Shown one piece after another: positions 16,213-18,975 of a DNA stretch of 18,975 nucleotides. The position numbers were made by a program, and so were the translations under genes. The stretch is from a virus (taxonomy: Duplodnaviria > Heunggongvirae > Uroviricota > Caudoviricetes): IMG/VR virus record IMGVR_UViG_2744054979_000005, one strand, 5' to 3'. The notes beneath the pieces are model-generated. The model was not told where the DNA came from. It saw only the letters and a program-made list of their open reading frames with translations, and ran no database searches. Within the stretch, counting starts at the first letter, position 1. The number at the start of each line of letters is the position of its first letter.

Positions 16213-16240
16213 AAACCGCCTCCGGGCGGTTTTGTCGTTT
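16213..16240 (+). terminator. terminator-like hairpin between I and J
   Basis: AAACCGCC-tccg-GGCGGTTT: 8-bp stem followed by a T-rich interrupted tract (TTTTGTCGTTT), 15 nt before the J start. Confidence 0.45.
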
Positions 16241-16254
16241 ATGGAGCATGACGA

Positions 16255-18975
16255 ATGGGCAAAGGAAGCAGTAAGGGGCATACCCCGCGCGAAGCGAAGG
16301 ACAACCTGAAATCCACGCAATTACTGAGTGTGATCGATGCCATCAGCGAAGGGCCGATTGAAGGTCCGGTGGATGGATTAAAAAGCGTGCTGCTGAACAG
16401 TACACCGGTGCTGGACAGTGAGGGGAATACCAACATCTCCGGTGTTACGGTGGTGTTCCGGGCAGGTGAGCAGGAGCAGACACCGCCGGAGGGATTTGAA
16501 TCCTCCGGTTCCGAGACGGTGCTGGGTACGGAAGTGAAATACGACACGCCGATCACCCGCACCATCACGTCGGCAAACATCGACCGTCTGCGCTTTACCT
16601 TCGGTGTGCAGGCACTGGTGGAAACCACCTCAAAGGGGGACAGGAATCCATCGGAAGTCCGCCTGCTGGTTCAGATACAACGTAACGGTGGCTGGGTGAC
16701 GGAAAAAGACATCACCATTAAGGGTAAAACCACCTCACAGTATCTGGCCTCAGTGGTGGTGGATAACCTGCCGCCGCGCCCGTTTAATATCCGGATGCGC
16801 AGGATGACGCCGGACAGCACCACAGACCAGCTGCAGAACAAAACGCTCTGGTCGTCATACACCGAAATCATCGATGTGAAACAGTGCTACCCGAACACGG
16901 CACTGGTCGGCGTGCAGGTGGACTCGGAGCAGTTCGGCAGCCAGCAGGTGAGCCGTAATTATCATCTTCGCGGGCGCATTCTGCAGGTGCCGTCGAACTA
17001 TAACCCGCAGACGCGGCAATACAGCGGTATCTGGGACGGAACGTTTAAGCCGGCATACAGCAACAACATGGCCTGGTGTCTGTGGGATATGCTGACCCAT
17101 CCGCGCTACGGCATGGGAAAACGTCTTGGTGCGGCAGATGTGGATAAATGGGCGCTGTATGTCATCGGCCAGTACTGCGACCAGTCGGTGCCGGACGGCT
17201 TTGGCGGCACGGAGCCGCGCATCACCTGTAATGCGTACCTGACCACACAGCGTAAGGCGTGGGATGTGCTCAGTGATTTCTGCTCGGCGATGCGCTGTAT
17301 GCCGGTATGGAACGGGCAGACGCTGACGTTCGTGCAGGACCGGCCGTCGGATAATGTGTGGACCTATAACCGCAGTAATGTGGTGATGCCGGATGATGGC
17401 GCGCCGTTCCGCTACAGTTTCAGCGCCCTGAAGGACCGCCATAATGCCGTTGAGGTGAACTGGACTGACCCGGATAACGGCTGGGAAACGGCAACAGAGC
17501 TTGTGGAGGACACGCAGGCCATTGCCCGTTATGGTCGTAATGTCACGAAGATGGATGCCTTTGGCTGTACCAGCCGGGGGCAGGCACACCGCGCCGGGCT
17601 GTGGCTGATTAAAACGGAGCTGCTGGAAACGCAGACCGTGGACTTCAGCGTGGGCGCAGAAGGGCTTCGCCATGTACCGGGCGATGTTATTGAAATCTGC
17701 GATGATGACTATGCCGGTATCAGCACCGGTGGTCGTGTGCTGGCGGTGAACAGCCAGACCCGGACGCTGACGCTCGACCGTGAAATCACGCTGCCATCCT
17801 CCGGCACCACGCTGATAAGCCTGGTTGACGGAAGTGGCAATCCGGTCAGCGTGCAGGTCCAGTCCGTCACCGACGGCGTGAAGGTGAAAGTGAGCCGGGT
17901 TCCTGACGGCGTTGCAGAATACAGCGTGTGGGGGCTGAAGTTGCCGACGTTGCGCCAGCGCCTGTTCCGCTGTGTGAGTATCCGTGAGAACGACGACGGC
18001 ACGTATGCCATCACCGCCGTGCAGCATGTACCGGAAAAAGAAGCCATCGTGGATAACGGGGCGCACTTTGACGGCGACCAGAGCGGCACGGTGAATGGTG
18101 TCACGCCGCCAGCGGTGCAGCACCTGGCCGCAGAAGTCACTGCAGACAGCGGGGAATATCAGGTGCTGGCGCGATGGGACACACCGAAGGTGGTGAAGGG
18201 CGTGAGCTTCCTGCTCCGTCTGACCGTAACAGCGGACGACGGCAGTGAGCGGCTGGTCAGCACGGCCCGGACGACGGAAACCACATACCGCTTCAGGCAA
18301 CTGGCGCTGGGGCGTTACACGCTGACGGTCCGGGCGGTAAATGCGTGGGGGCAGCAGGGCGATCCGGCATCGGTATCGTTCCGGATTGCGGCACCGGCAG
18401 CGCCTGTCACTATTGAACTGATACCAGGGTATTTTCAGATAACAGCGGTCCCGAAACTGGCTGTATATGACCCGACGGTGCAGTTTGAGTTCTGGTTCTC
18501 GGAAAAGCGGATTATCGATATCAGGCAGGTTGAAACCAGCGCGCGTTATCTTGGTACGGCGCTGTACTGGATAGCCGCCAGTAGCAATATTAAGCCGGGT
18601 TATGATTATTACTTTTATATCCGCAGCGTGAACACCGTTGGTAAATCGGCATTTGTGGAGGCCGTTGGTCGGGCGAGCGATGATGCGGAAGGTTATCTGA
18701 ATTTTTATAAAGGGTTGATCAATAAAACGCATCTCGGCAAGGAACTGCTGGAAAACTTTGAGCTGACGGAAGATAACGCCAGCAAACTGGAGGAGTTTTC
18801 GAAAGAGTGGAAGGACGCCAACGATAAATGGAATGCCATGTGGGGCGTCAAAATTGAGCAGACCAAAGACGGCAAACATTATGTCGCGGGGCTTGGCCTC
18901 AGCATGGAGGATACGGAGGAAGGCAAACTGAGCCAGTTCCTGGTTGCCGCTAACCGTATCGCGTTTATTGACCCG
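16255..18975 (+). CDS. J: tail tip / host-specificity protein J (N-terminal ~907 aa; 3' end beyond window)
   Basis: Manual translation from ATG 16255 gives [54 protein letters not shown]..., matching lambda gpJ from memory. The frame stays open to the last base (…[11 protein letters not shown]). The ORF track omits it because there is no stop in the window. Confidence 0.95.
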   Translation, partial: MGKGSSKGHTPREAKDNLKSTQLLSVIDAISEGPIEGPVDGLKSVLLNSTPVLDSEGNTNISGVTVVFRAGEQEQTPPEGFESSGSETVLGTEVKYDTPITRTITSANIDRLRFTFGVQALVETTSKGDRNPSEVRLLVQIQRNGGWVTEKDITIKGKTTSQYLASVVVDNLPPRPFNIRMRRMTPDSTTDQLQNKTLWSSYTEIIDVKQCYPNTALVGVQVDSEQFGSQQVSRNYHLRGRILQVPSNYNPQTRQYSGIWDGTFKPAYSNNMAWCLWDMLTHPRYGMGKRLGAADVDKWALYVIGQYCDQSVPDGFGGTEPRITCNAYLTTQRKAWDVLSDFCSAMRCMPVWNGQTLTFVQDRPSDNVWTYNRSNVVMPDDGAPFRYSFSALKDRHNAVEVNWTDPDNGWETATELVEDTQAIARYGRNVTKMDAFGCTSRGQAHRAGLWLIKTELLETQTVDFSVGAEGLRHVPGDVIEICDDDYAGISTGGRVLAVNSQTRTLTLDREITLPSSGTTLISLVDGSGNPVSVQVQSVTDGVKVKVSRVPDGVAEYSVWGLKLPTLRQRLFRCVSIRENDDGTYAITAVQHVPEKEAIVDNGAHFDGDQSGTVNGVTPPAVQHLAAEVTADSGEYQVLARWDTPKVVKGVSFLLRLTVTADDGSERLVSTARTTETTYRFRQLALGRYTLTVRAVNAWGQQGDPASVSFRIAAPAAPVTIELIPGYFQITAVPKLAVYDPTVQFEFWFSEKRIIDIRQVETSARYLGTALYWIAASSNIKPGYDYYFYIRSVNTVGKSAFVEAVGRASDDAEGYLNFYKGLINKTHLGKELLENFELTEDNASKLEEFSKEWKDANDKWNAMWGVKIEQTKDGKHYVAGLGLSMEDTEEGKLSQFLVAANRIAFIDP

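Noticed and set aside
16855-18879. 674-aa minus-strand ORF in the ORF track
   Set aside because: It lies entirely antisense to the lambda-type J gene, whose + frame is open from 16255 to the window end and matches gpJ. A long antisense ORF is expected in GC-rich coding sequence and has no start context.
1-18975. Search for tRNA, rRNA, CRISPR repeats, integrase or transposase
   Set aside because: No cloverleaf-like conserved tRNA motifs, no regularly spaced direct repeats and no recombinase-like ORFs were seen; the window is almost entirely phage late genes.

Overview
This window is the late (lysis and morphogenesis) region of a mosaic lambdoid phage or prophage, probably from an enterobacterium; nearly every gene is on the + strand and tightly packed. 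I do not see a convincing novel multi-gene system; the least-explained items are two small unannotated ORFs and a perfect inverted repeat. All similarity statements come from reading the translations and recalling known families, not from a database search. Gene order: lambda-type lysis genes (SAR endolysin R, Rz with embedded Rz1); convergent bor moron, 5' end lost in a 9-N gap; a 460-nt divergent intergenic region holding a 40-aa minus-strand ORF and the 10-bp inverted repeat; an HK97-type packaging/head module (HNH endonuclease, putative cos region, small and large terminase, small two-helix membrane ORF, portal, prohead protease, major capsid); head-tail connector proteins; major tail protein with Ig-like C-terminus; G/G-T chaperone pair with an A-AAA-AAG -1 frameshift site; tape measure; lambda-type tail-tip genes M, L, K (broken by an NN gap), I and a 3'-truncated J. 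Four related terminator-like hairpins punctuate the operon. No rRNA, tRNA, CRISPR array, integrase or transposase was seen.
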